From the IMG/VR virus record IMGVR_UViG_3300008450_000048, positions 1-56,390 of that record: a stretch of DNA of 56,390 nt; one strand, given 5' to 3'. A model generated the notes under the pieces. That model did not search any database. It was not told the DNA's origin and saw only the letters and a program-made list of their open reading frames with translations. Every line of letters starts with the position of its first letter. Positions within the stretch are counted from its first letter, which is position 1. The translations under genes and the position numbers were made by a program. This document shows positions 46,105 to 54,059 of the stretch, in pieces. This DNA comes from a virus (taxonomy: Duplodnaviria; Caudoviricetes).

Positions 46105-47079
46105 TTATTTCCAGAGAGTTGAATAATCTTTTTTGCCAGTGTTCTTGTCACCAGTTTTTGAAGCCGATGAAGGATTAGCATCTCCCCGCGCTTCTCTCAT
46201 TTGCTTCAACACATTGTCGAGATCTTGTTTCAATTGATCGCGACGCTTCGGATCACGCTCATCCTTGATTGCTTTGCGAAGTGTCTCGGCTTGCGCCTCA
46301 AGCCGGACTTTAGGGCTGCTGCTGTTTGATCCACCACGACCAGTACGCGGGCGACTTGCGCTGATGGTCGCTGCATCAGCCCTCTGCTGATCGATAGGAA
46401 GCTTCGCCTCAAAACGCTCTTGCTTGTTTTCAAGCTCAATCTGCTTCAGCACACTGGTGCGAACATCCTTGTAGTAGTTGATGATGTTCTGATCAGCACC
46501 AATCTCAATCGCGGCCTTCGACTCGTCATCAATGCGTCGCAGTGCGCGCTGACTAGGATCACCAGCACCGTCGATGTAACCAGCCTTGCGGTAGACATCG
46601 CGGTACTGCGGATTCTGTTTGATCAGCTCAGCGAACTGCTCTGGCGTGGTACTCGGAGACTTGCCTTTGATCTGCGACGACAGTCCGGCCAAGCGTTGGG
46701 TGTCAGCCTCAAGCTGGGTCGCATCACGCTGCGCCTCAACCTCATCAGCGCGCTTGCTAATGTCAACCAAGTCTTGCTTCGCTCGTGCGCGGGTGGCCTC
46801 GAGCTTCTCTTCAGCCAACTTCGCTTTCAATCGCTCAAGCGCCTCAGCCTTCTCTTGAGCAGCCTTGGCAGCCGCGTCTTGGCGGTCAAGCAGTGCAGCA
46901 TCTCGAGCAGCCTGCCGCTCGGCAGCCGCTTCGTAGCTCTTCTCTTGACGCGCAGCGTAGGCATCCTCACGCGCAGCCTGGCGGCGGTCTGCAATGTCGG
47001 CAAGCATGAACCTGCCAAACGAATCGCCCGCGTCAGAAATGCCTTTACCGATTCCAGCCCAGATCAGACCGCTGCCCAT
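46105..47079 (-). CDS. Putative DNA ejection protein
   Basis: Gly-rich N-terminus, long charged coiled coil; GAGG RBS; directly upstream of the giant gene. Confidence 0.65.
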   Translation of the reverse strand: MGSGLIWAGIGKGISDAGDSFGRFMLADIADRRQAAREDAYAARQEKSYEAAAERQAARDAALLDRQDAAAKAAQEKAEALERLKAKLAEEKLEATRARAKQDLVDISKRADEVEAQRDATQLEADTQRLAGLSSQIKGKSPSTTPEQFAELIKQNPQYRDVYRKAGYIDGAGDPSQRALRRIDDESKAAIEIGADQNIINYYKDVRTSVLKQIELENKQERFEAKLPIDQQRADAATISASRPRTGRGGSNSSSPKVRLEAQAETLRKAIKDERDPKRRDQLKQDLDNVLKQMREARGDANPSSASKTGDKNTGKKDYSTLWK

Positions 47080-47081
47080 AA

Positions 47082-47585
47082 TTACACCTCTTCTGTGTTC
47101 TCTTCCGCTGCTTGACGGAACACCGACGGATCAACTTGACTCATCGCCTGGTCAAGCTGAGACGTATCCAATCCTTGCTCTTGCAGATAGCGAAGAACCA
47201 TTTGCTTGAATGCCATCGCTACATTCTCCGGCTGCGGATCAAGACCAGACGCGTTAGCGATCTCCACTACTTCTTCGAGAACTTTCATCGCCAACGGCAC
47301 AAGCAGCTCGTCAGGTACTTGCCCGTTCGTTCTCTCATCTATAACTGCTGTGATATCGTAGGCAACATTCGCCAACGCATCTGTCAGATCGCCAGCAGAT
47401 TTCAACTGCTTTGATACATCCATGGCAGCTTCGTTGCTGTACAAAGACTCCATCGCCAGCGCAAGAGCTTCCTGAAACTTCGGGTCGCTTTCGTCAACCT
47501 CTGGCTCACCTTGATTGGCACCCATTGCCATCTCTGGCGGCATGCCCTCTGCTTCCTGCATTTCATTTGCAATTAATCCGGCCAT
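47082..47585 (-). CDS. Acidic hypothetical protein in the ejection operon
   Basis: AAGGAG RBS; packed operon. Confidence 0.7.
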   Translation of the reverse strand: MAGLIANEMQEAEGMPPEMAMGANQGEPEVDESDPKFQEALALAMESLYSNEAAMDVSKQLKSAGDLTDALANVAYDITAVIDERTNGQVPDELLVPLAMKVLEEVVEIANASGLDPQPENVAMAFKQMVLRYLQEQGLDTSQLDQAMSQVDPSVFRQAAEENTEEV

Positions 47586-47595
47586 GATTTACTCC

Positions 47596-48507
47596 TTATG
47601 CAGTTGGCATCGCGTACGGGTTGTAGGGCGCCAAGCGGCGGCGCATGTCTTCTGCGTACCTTTCTTGTGGCGTCATGTAACCGGCAACCAGACCGGTCTG
47701 CGGGGATTGCGCATACGTTCCAGGTGATGAAGCAGCAGGGTCTGCGTTACCAGAACCCGACCACCAGCTTGTGCCGACGTTTTCGTTGTAACGATTGCGA
47801 GCCAATTGAGCTTGCTCTTGCTCGTACCTGCGCTGCTCTTCCATCGCCTTCTGCTGACCAGCGCCTTGGATCGCGCCCCCTGCGAGCTGCATGCTGCCCT
47901 GCACAGCAGCCATCTTTCCGTAGTCACCTAAGCTGTTCCAAGCGCCGGAGATAATGCCGGGATTGGGAGGTGGCGCAGTTACGGCTTGAGCTGGTGAAGT
48001 CCAATATGTACCTGGCGTAGTAGCGGCACTAGCCGGCGCTGAAGATAAAGTTGTGCCAGCCGCGGTCTGGCCGCTCGGGCCAACGCTTCCGTATCCACCA
48101 GCGCCAGCAGGGAAGCCGCCACCAGCAGCAGACACAGCCGCCGCATTCGCTGCGTTTACCGCAGAAGAACCAGCTGCATAAGAGCCGGTAAAGCCGCTGC
48201 CAAGCGAGCTGCCTGCTGCTGAGAATTGGCCGCCCATCGCCGCGCTTGCCGCGCCGGTTAGACCAGACCAAGCGTTTGCGATGCCAGCCGTAGCGCCCTT
48301 TAGGGCGCCCCCTATAGTCCCCATAAATCCCGTGCTGGCAGAGGCACCTCCCATGGCCCCCATGATGGCTGCGCCACCAAAGTAAACGGTTGCCGCAGCA
48401 AGCAAGACTTTGCCGATCGGAGACTTGGCAACACTCTTGACGACGTTGACTACACCTTTGACGACCTTGCCAATTGCTCGGCCAACACTCTTAACAACTT
48501 TACTCAT
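47596..48507 (-). CDS. Putative membrane-active ejection protein
   Basis: Amphipathic Lys/Val N-terminus, hydrophobic segment, Gly/Ala-rich body. Confidence 0.65.
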   Translation of the reverse strand: MSKVVKSVGRAIGKVVKGVVNVVKSVAKSPIGKVLLAAATVYFGGAAIMGAMGGASASTGFMGTIGGALKGATAGIANAWSGLTGAASAAMGGQFSAAGSSLGSGFTGSYAAGSSAVNAANAAAVSAAGGGFPAGAGGYGSVGPSGQTAAGTTLSSAPASAATTPGTYWTSPAQAVTAPPPNPGIISGAWNSLGDYGKMAAVQGSMQLAGGAIQGAGQQKAMEEQRRYEQEQAQLARNRYNENVGTSWWSGSGNADPAASSPGTYAQSPQTGLVAGYMTPQERYAEDMRRRLAPYNPYAMPTA

Positions 48508-48944
48508 GATGCACCTCTTACGTATGTGAGATTTAGCGACTCGCGTGAGAACCCGACCCGTTTAAAGAATCGAACAAGCCTCGGATCAACACCAGGCTCA
48601 AGCTCAATGATTGCCAGCTTGATGGCTGGACGACTCTTTACCCAACGAACAAACTCCCGCAGCAATGGCAAGCCAGCACCCGGTACACGGCTGTAGTAAA
48701 GCAGCACGGAGCACTGCATCCGTTCAAACCAGAATGCTGGCTGTACACACGCCCCCATTGCCGCCACCACCTTGCCCGCATCTTCAGCAACCCACACAAA
48801 GTGCGCCGGCCCCAAGCACGTCTTAGCCGTCTCTGCCATCGCTTCTCGGTCAATGCGCACCGGCAGCGGGTCTTTCGACACCGACTCAACGGCGATGTCA
48901 ACGATGGCTGGAATGTCGCTCATGGTTGCTTTTCTAAAGATCAT
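48504..48944 (-). CDS. GNAT-fold acetyltransferase-like protein
   Basis: IFRKATMSDIPAI, WVAEDAGKVV, GAGLPLLREFVRW, RFFKRVGF. Confidence 0.75.
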   Translation of the reverse strand: MIFRKATMSDIPAIVDIAVESVSKDPLPVRIDREAMAETAKTCLGPAHFVWVAEDAGKVVAAMGACVQPAFWFERMQCSVLLYYSRVPGAGLPLLREFVRWVKSRPAIKLAIIELEPGVDPRLVRFFKRVGFSRESLNLTYVRGAS

Positions 48945-50419
48945 GCAGTCGGTAAACCTGGAATGGTTGTTCCGTAAAACTTGTTCGCCCACGCAATCTG
49001 CGAGTTCGCGTAATTAATCACGCTTTGAATTGCACGGCTCTTGGGGCTTGATCCAGCCGGAGCCGTTCCATCAACCTTTCCACTCAAGTTCGGATCAGCA
49101 CCAATCGTGTTAATGCTGGCAGCCGTTGTGTTACTGATCTGCAAAGCAAAGTTCGCCGGAATCTGCGAGTTGGTCAGGTTTTTCTGGAAAGCTTGCGCAT
49201 CGTCTTGCAAGAAGATTTGCTGCTGACGATCCAGTCCTGCCTGCGCAGCAGTGAACGACTGCTGCATCTGAGTGATCGCAACCTGATGCGCTTGCTGATC
49301 GTTCTGCATCTTCTCCTGCTGAACACGATCCAAGCTCGACTGAGAAGCGGCAAAGTCGTTCTGCGCTTTCTGCAAAGCCATCTGGTTGGCCGCGCTCTTG
49401 TCTTGCAAGAACGCCTGCTGCGCGCGCTCGAGGGCAGACTGCGAAGCAGAAAAATCCTGCTGGAATTTTGTGAGGTCTTTCTGCAGCACTGCTTGACGCT
49501 CAACCAATGTGGTTTGCTGCGTACGGTCAAGAGCCGACTGAGCTGCATTAAAGTCGTTCTGCGCCTTCTGGAGCGCCATCTGATTTGCTGCGCTCTTGTC
49601 CTGCAAAAATGCTTGTTGAGCACGATCCAATGCAGACTGAGCGGCAGTAAAGTTTTGCTGACTGGTCTGCAGGTTGGTCTGCAGACTACGATCCAACGAA
49701 GATTGCCCGGCTTGGAACGTCTGCTGCTCGCGCTGCAAGGAGGTCTGCTGCGTACGATCCAGCGCACTCTGCGCAGCCGCAAAGTTCTGTTGAGCCACTT
49801 GCAAAGCTTGTTGAGCTTCAATGCTCTTGTCTGCCAATGCAGTCTGCTGCGCACGGTCAAGCTGTGCCTGAGCAGCCGTAAAGTTCTGCTTGACGTTTTC
49901 CAGAGTCGAAGTGAACGACTGCGACCCCAGACGCTCAGATGTCGTGAACTGACGATTGATGTTGGATTGACCGGCCTCAAACTCTTGAGCACCTTTCTGC
50001 AAGCCAAACTGGTTGATGGCACCAGCGCCAAACTCGTTGGCGCGATTTGTCGCACCCATGTTTTCAGATGCCGTCACCGCATAGGTCTGCGCATCCTGCT
50101 GCGCCATCGGCAGCGCACGGTCAACCATGGCGGCCACGCCTGCGCCCTGATTCATGGAGCTGTTGACCAGACCCCGCTGCGCCATGCCTTGTGTGGCCAG
50201 CGTTCTGGCGCGCTGCATAAGCGGGCTGTCTTTTGACAGGATGCTGTTGACCTGCCCTTGTACCGTCTCAGTCTGGGCGTTGACTTGGCGCGTCTGTGGA
50301 TCGTAAGTTGCGACACTGTTAGACGGCGGCAGCGCCGAAGCTACCAAGCCAGTCGTTGTGTTCGGATTGGTCGCAGACTTCTGCTGGGTGTCAAAGGGGT
50401 TTTGAACAGTCGTAGCCAT
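48941..50419 (-). CDS. Gln-rich coiled-coil ejection / pilot-like protein
   Basis: QRGLVNSS motif; FxAxQSxLDR repeats at multiples of 11 aa. Confidence 0.7.
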   Translation of the reverse strand: MATTVQNPFDTQQKSATNPNTTTGLVASALPPSNSVATYDPQTRQVNAQTETVQGQVNSILSKDSPLMQRARTLATQGMAQRGLVNSSMNQGAGVAAMVDRALPMAQQDAQTYAVTASENMGATNRANEFGAGAINQFGLQKGAQEFEAGQSNINRQFTTSERLGSQSFTSTLENVKQNFTAAQAQLDRAQQTALADKSIEAQQALQVAQQNFAAAQSALDRTQQTSLQREQQTFQAGQSSLDRSLQTNLQTSQQNFTAAQSALDRAQQAFLQDKSAANQMALQKAQNDFNAAQSALDRTQQTTLVERQAVLQKDLTKFQQDFSASQSALERAQQAFLQDKSAANQMALQKAQNDFAASQSSLDRVQQEKMQNDQQAHQVAITQMQQSFTAAQAGLDRQQQIFLQDDAQAFQKNLTNSQIPANFALQISNTTAASINTIGADPNLSGKVDGTAPAGSSPKSRAIQSVINYANSQIAWANKFYGTTIPGLPTA

Positions 50420-50431
50420 CTCCGGCCTTTC

Positions 50432-50460
50432 AAACAGAAACGCCCCGACAAAGCGGGGCG
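50432..50460 (-). terminator. Intrinsic terminator in the leader of the ejection operon
   Basis: CGCCCCG-CTTTGT-CGGGGCG followed by TTTCTGTTT. Confidence 0.7.
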
Positions 50461-50497
50461 AGCGCGGGCTGCGAGAAAGCGCAATAACCCGCAGTCA

Positions 50498-50527
50498 ATT
50501 CTAAACCAATGTGATACTCAATGCCAA
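50498..50527 (-). promoter_or_regulatory. Sigma70-type late promoter (ejection operon)
   Basis: TTGGCA-18 nt-TAGAAT with TATCACATTG in the spacer. Confidence 0.6.
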
Positions 50528-51001
50528 TCATTTCTGCCTCAAGGTTTCGTACTGGGTGAGGCACTGCCGGAGGGCTGCCCGGAGTTCGTCAGCTCGGGCA
50601 GCTTCCCTTGCAAGAAACTCTGCATCCGGTCGAGAAAGCTCGGCTCCAGTACAACTTGTGACGGCGGGTCCAGTGCTGGTGGCACCGGGCACGGGACGGG
50701 CTTCGGGGGTGGGGCGCTCGGGGCGCTGGCGCAGGCTTGCAGTAAGAGCAACAGCCCTAGCGTTAAGGTCACGGATCTCACGGTCTTTGTCCTTTCTGAG
50801 TTGATCGGCAGTTGTCTGCAGTTCCTGCTCCTTTTGCCGGGCTGCTTCCATCGCCATGGCATGCGCTTCAGCCTGCTGGGTGCGCTCTTTGTCCCACTGC
50901 TGCTGGACATGCGCCCGGCCAGCCGTGTCGCCCTTCATGTAACCGGTGACCGTGGCCACGCTTAGCGCCACCACGAACCCGACGATCAGCCACGGGTTCA
51001 T
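50528..51001 (-). CDS. i-spanin (Rz-like)
   Basis: N-terminal transmembrane helix, coiled coil, CTGAELSRPDAEFL...ALRQC. Confidence 0.85.
   Translation of the reverse strand: MNPWLIVGFVVALSVATVTGYMKGDTAGRAHVQQQWDKERTQQAEAHAMAMEAARQKEQELQTTADQLRKDKDREIRDLNARAVALTASLRQRPERPTPEARPVPGATSTGPAVTSCTGAELSRPDAEFLAREAARADELRAALRQCLTQYETLRQK
50539..50781 (-). CDS. o-spanin (Rz1-like lipoprotein) embedded in Rz
   Basis: GTG 50781; LGLLLLLQA-C lipobox; Pro-rich mature region. Confidence 0.75.
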   Translation of the reverse strand: MRSVTLTLGLLLLLQACASAPSAPPPKPVPCPVPPALDPPSQVVLEPSFLDRMQSFLQGKLPELTNSGQPSGSASPSTKP

Positions 51002-51162
51002 TTCTGCCCCGGCACTTTTTTGCCTTCAAGCTTCTTGTGAACCTTGATGGTCTTGCAGACTTCCTTCTTAGTCTTCGGATCTTCCCGGCAAACCTTCTTC
51101 ATCTCCCCGCCGGCAAACGCGACCAGGGGGACAAACGCAATAAGTGCAATCAGCTTTTTCAT
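50998..51162 (-). CDS. Small secreted basic protein in the lysis cassette, 54 aa
   Basis: Not in the ORF track; AAGGAG RBS; MKKLIALIAFVPLVAFA-GGEMKKVCREDPKTKKEVCKTIKVHKKLEGKKVPGQK. Confidence 0.75.
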   Translation of the reverse strand: MKKLIALIAFVPLVAFAGGEMKKVCREDPKTKKEVCKTIKVHKKLEGKKVPGQK

Positions 51163-51178
51163 CGGGATCTCCTTTGGG

Positions 51179-51631
51179 TTATATGCGGGCAGATGGGCCG
51201 GGTTCCGACAGCTCCGGTTCGTCCGCGGCTGGTGGTGCTTTCTTGCCGGTGTATCCCGTGGCTACCTGGCTGCTGGAAAACGTCGGCTCAATCCGGCGTG
51301 GTGCCGGCGCAGGCGCTGCTGGTGCTATCTCCGGCACGTTGTTACTGGCTGTGCCATTGAGCTTCTCCTGCGTACGGCCCCAGGCTGCCAAGCCAAGCAC
51401 GGCGCCCATGGCCATGTGAAACAGGCCGGCGCCCTGCAGCGTCATCGGCTGCCACTGCCGGAACGCGTCGTTCGCAGACTCGGTTTCCCAAAACTGGATG
51501 ACCGCCCACAGAATCGGTGCCAGCACGAAGTCGAAGATGCACACGCCCATGTACATCCAGCCCATGGCCGGACGCCACTTCGTGTTCATCCAATCGTCTT
51601 TGGCCTGCTCGCTCTTCGATTTCTTTGTCAT
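51179..51631 (-). CDS. Holin (GTA 3TM-holin-like)
   Basis: KWRPAMGWMY...FDFVLAP...GAVLGLAAWGRTQEK; adjacent to the endolysin. Confidence 0.75.
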   Translation of the reverse strand: MTKKSKSEQAKDDWMNTKWRPAMGWMYMGVCIFDFVLAPILWAVIQFWETESANDAFRQWQPMTLQGAGLFHMAMGAVLGLAAWGRTQEKLNGTASNNVPEIAPAAPAPAPRRIEPTFSSSQVATGYTGKKAPPAADEPELSEPGPSARI

Positions 51632-51632
51632 G

Positions 51633-52250
51633 TCAGCCTCCCAAAACATGCAGCGCGTGTTCGTAATGCTTGATGCGATCCGCCAAACCCAGCTCGCCGC
51701 CATTGATCGCACGAGTCAGACCCCGGATGTCACCCTTGTCGGCAAAGCGGTTCAGATTGTTGGTCTCCCAAAACCAGCAGGCTGACTGCGCCGCACCCTC
51801 AAACGTCATCAGGTACTCCGGCACATCATCGATGTCCATCTCGAGCGAGTCGGCAAACGCCTGGTAGTTGTTGCGGCCAGTCAACTGAATCAATCCGCGG
51901 CCGCAGAACCGCCAGCCATCGCCGCTGGCCTCGTCGCCGTTGCCCATGCGGTTCGCGTACGCCCGATTGGCGATGTGCATCTGCTTGCCGATGCGGGATG
52001 CGTAATCATTGGCGATCGCGTCGGTCGGGAAGTACCGTGGCCAGATCTTGCGCAGTGTGGCGGCTCTGTAGTTCAGGTTCTCTTTCAACGTCGTGAACCC
52101 GCCAGACTCGTGGGCGCACTGCGCGACAAATGCAGCAATGCGATTGGGGGTGTTGATGTCGTAATCGGGAAGCAGCTGCTCAAGCGCCGCGTGCCAGTCG
52201 GCGACATACGGATTCTTTGGCAAAATCTTCCTGAGTTGTGCTTCCGTCAT
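51633..52250 (-). CDS. Endolysin, glycoside hydrolase family 19
   Basis: AQCAHESGG, ENLNY, DGWRFCGRGLIQLTGRNNY, SACWFW, INGG. Confidence 0.92.
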   Translation of the reverse strand: MTEAQLRKILPKNPYVADWHAALEQLLPDYDINTPNRIAAFVAQCAHESGGFTTLKENLNYRAATLRKIWPRYFPTDAIANDYASRIGKQMHIANRAYANRMGNGDEASGDGWRFCGRGLIQLTGRNNYQAFADSLEMDIDDVPEYLMTFEGAAQSACWFWETNNLNRFADKGDIRGLTRAINGGELGLADRIKHYEHALHVLGG

Positions 52251-52252
52251 AG

Positions 52253-52537
52253 TCAATCTCTCCTATCTATTTCCGCATCGTTTTCCTTTTTGATCTGCCT
52301 TCGCAGCTCACGCATTCGCTTGACTTCTTCTACTGCTAAACCTGTTGCTCTCTCTGCCATGTACCTTGCGTTGTTCATGTCCATGTACATGACGCCCATG
52401 ACCGGCAGCGCGATCACTAGCACAAGACACAAGACCACCACGGCGACGAGTAGAGACCACGGTACGTGTGGCTCGTCCGAACTAGAAGGAGCACTCCGAC
52501 GTACCACGCCACGACGAAAAGGATTGCTCCAACCCAT
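52253..52537 (-). CDS. Single-pass membrane protein in the lysis region
   Basis: Long hydrophobic stretch followed by a charged helix. Confidence 0.55.
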   Translation of the reverse strand: MGWSNPFRRGVVRRSAPSSSDEPHVPWSLLVAVVVLCLVLVIALPVMGVMYMDMNNARYMAERATGLAVEEVKRMRELRRQIKKENDAEIDRRD

Positions 52538-53127
52538 ACCGCTTCTTCCTTACGCTTTCTTTTTAACCTGCGCCTATGCACTGCCTCTGTTTGCAATCGT
52601 GCGGTCTCCCGCCTGTGCGCCTCATCCTGCTCGACAACAATTTGCTTCCACATCTTTTCGTACTTCGTCCACAAGTCACCCAGCTCCGGTGGCGCCTTGT
52701 AGACCATCGTCTCGCGAAGCTCTGCCAGCATTGCATCCAGCCTTGAGCGGATGATCACGCGGTTTAAAGCGCGCTTGCTTACCGACTCACTGCCGGTGTA
52801 AATCTCCTTGGCCTGAGCCTCCTGCTCGATGAACGCTTTGCCGATCGCGTCGTAGGCGTCCATCAATGCGCCCAGGTCATTGCCGATCTGCAAGAACACA
52901 TCGTTCGGATCAGACCTGCCAATCTCCTGCACCCGCTGTACTTCTTCGTTGTACTGAATCTTCTGCGCGTTCGTCGGATTCGGGATCTTCTGAAACTGCG
53001 ACTTCAAATCATCCAGTACATCCTTAACCTCGCCTGCGGCGCCCTTGATGTCCTTGTAGAGCTGACATCCTTTCTTAACTGCCGCAACAGCAGCGTTGGC
53101 AGCAGCAAGTAAGGTGAGCGGATCCAC
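52417..53127 (-). CDS. Coiled-coil membrane-anchored protein
   Basis: MDPLTLLAAANAAVAAVKKG N-terminus; C-terminal transmembrane segment. Confidence 0.7.
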   Translation of the reverse strand: MDPLTLLAAANAAVAAVKKGCQLYKDIKGAAGEVKDVLDDLKSQFQKIPNPTNAQKIQYNEEVQRVQEIGRSDPNDVFLQIGNDLGALMDAYDAIGKAFIEQEAQAKEIYTGSESVSKRALNRVIIRSRLDAMLAELRETMVYKAPPELGDLWTKYEKMWKQIVVEQDEAHRRETARLQTEAVHRRRLKRKRKEEAVWVGAILFVVAWYVGVLLLVRTSHTYRGLYSSPWWSCVLC

Positions 53128-53128
53128 T

Positions 53129-53395
53129 TCACTTGTCGGCTTTCTCGTTCACCCGGTCAAACAAAAGACCAATGGCGTCCTTAACTTCTTTGAAGCCCTC
53201 CCTCATGTCAGCCTTTAGTTCGCCAACGGCTTCGCGGAAATCTTGTCGACGAACGAAGTCTTGGTTGACCTCACGGTTCAACTCTTTGACATCTTTGCGA
53301 AGCTCTGAAATCACATCCCAGATCATCTTCAAGACCCATCCCCCTGCGGCACTTGCTACGCCAATCAATATGTTGAAAAGAATCTGTCCGTCCAT
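53129..53395 (-). CDS. Membrane protein with coiled coil (holin/antiholin-like)
   Basis: N-terminal transmembrane segment, FVRRQDF, ends KADK. Confidence 0.65.
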   Translation of the reverse strand: MDGQILFNILIGVASAAGGWVLKMIWDVISELRKDVKELNREVNQDFVRRQDFREAVGELKADMREGFKEVKDAIGLLFDRVNEKADK

Positions 53396-53397
53396 GC

Positions 53398-53766
53398 TCA
53401 CCCCAAGAAATGAAGCTTGTAGATCGTGGAGTCGTACAGAGCCACAATCTCATCAATAATGTTTTGCATCTGCGTCTCCTCCTTCGGCACCGCCTTGTAA
53501 CGATTGGCGACAATCCATTTGCGCTGAGACTGCAGAGCCGCCTTGATCTCACTCGGAAACTCGTTGTCCAACAGCGGGATCTGAATCAGCTCCAGCATCG
53601 CGCCCTGGTACGCCTCAGCGATCTGATCAGCCAGATCAATCACTGCCGGGTAAAAGCCGCCCAACGCCTCGTGCTTGGCAAAGCTGCCCGGTCCAGTCGC
53701 GGCGAGGTGCGCCCGGTGGGCGAGGTCTCGAGCGAGAAAAAGTACTGCGATGAATTGGCCGATCAT
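53398..53766 (-). CDS. Ferritin/Dps-like four-helix protein (DUF5856-like)
   Basis: AHRAHL...SFAKHEALGGFY...DQIAEAYQG...QNIIDEI...YKL; AGGAG RBS. Confidence 0.75.
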   Translation of the reverse strand: MIGQFIAVLFLARDLAHRAHLAATGPGSFAKHEALGGFYPAVIDLADQIAEAYQGAMLELIQIPLLDNEFPSEIKAALQSQRKWIVANRYKAVPKEETQMQNIIDEIVALYDSTIYKLHFLG

Positions 53767-53779
53767 GGTCGCTCCTACA

Positions 53780-54049
53780 TCATTGTGATACTTCAGGCTC
53801 GACTTCAACCTGGATCAGGCCAGCCTCAATTGCCATCGATGTGAATTCCGCTTCGTCGGCGAAGACGTAGAAGAACGTCTCATGCCCCGCGTACACACGG
53901 CTGGGGCTGTTGGGCGTGACCTGCTTGTCGGCAAACGCCTCGACCGGCTCTGGCGTGTTGACGTGCCAGCCGGGGAGCGCGGCCATGACCGGCAGATCGT
54001 TGCCCTCTTCGTCTTGGGTAGTCTCGTACATGATTCCGATGATGTCCAT
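53780..54049 (-). CDS. Small acidic protein following the spike paralogs
   Basis: DIIG...LPGWHVN...VTPNSPSRVYAG; AAGGA RBS. Confidence 0.7.
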   Translation of the reverse strand: MDIIGIMYETTQDEEGNDLPVMAALPGWHVNTPEPVEAFADKQVTPNSPSRVYAGHETFFYVFADEAEFTSMAIEAGLIQVEVEPEVSQ

Positions 54050-54059
54050 GTTGTTGTCC

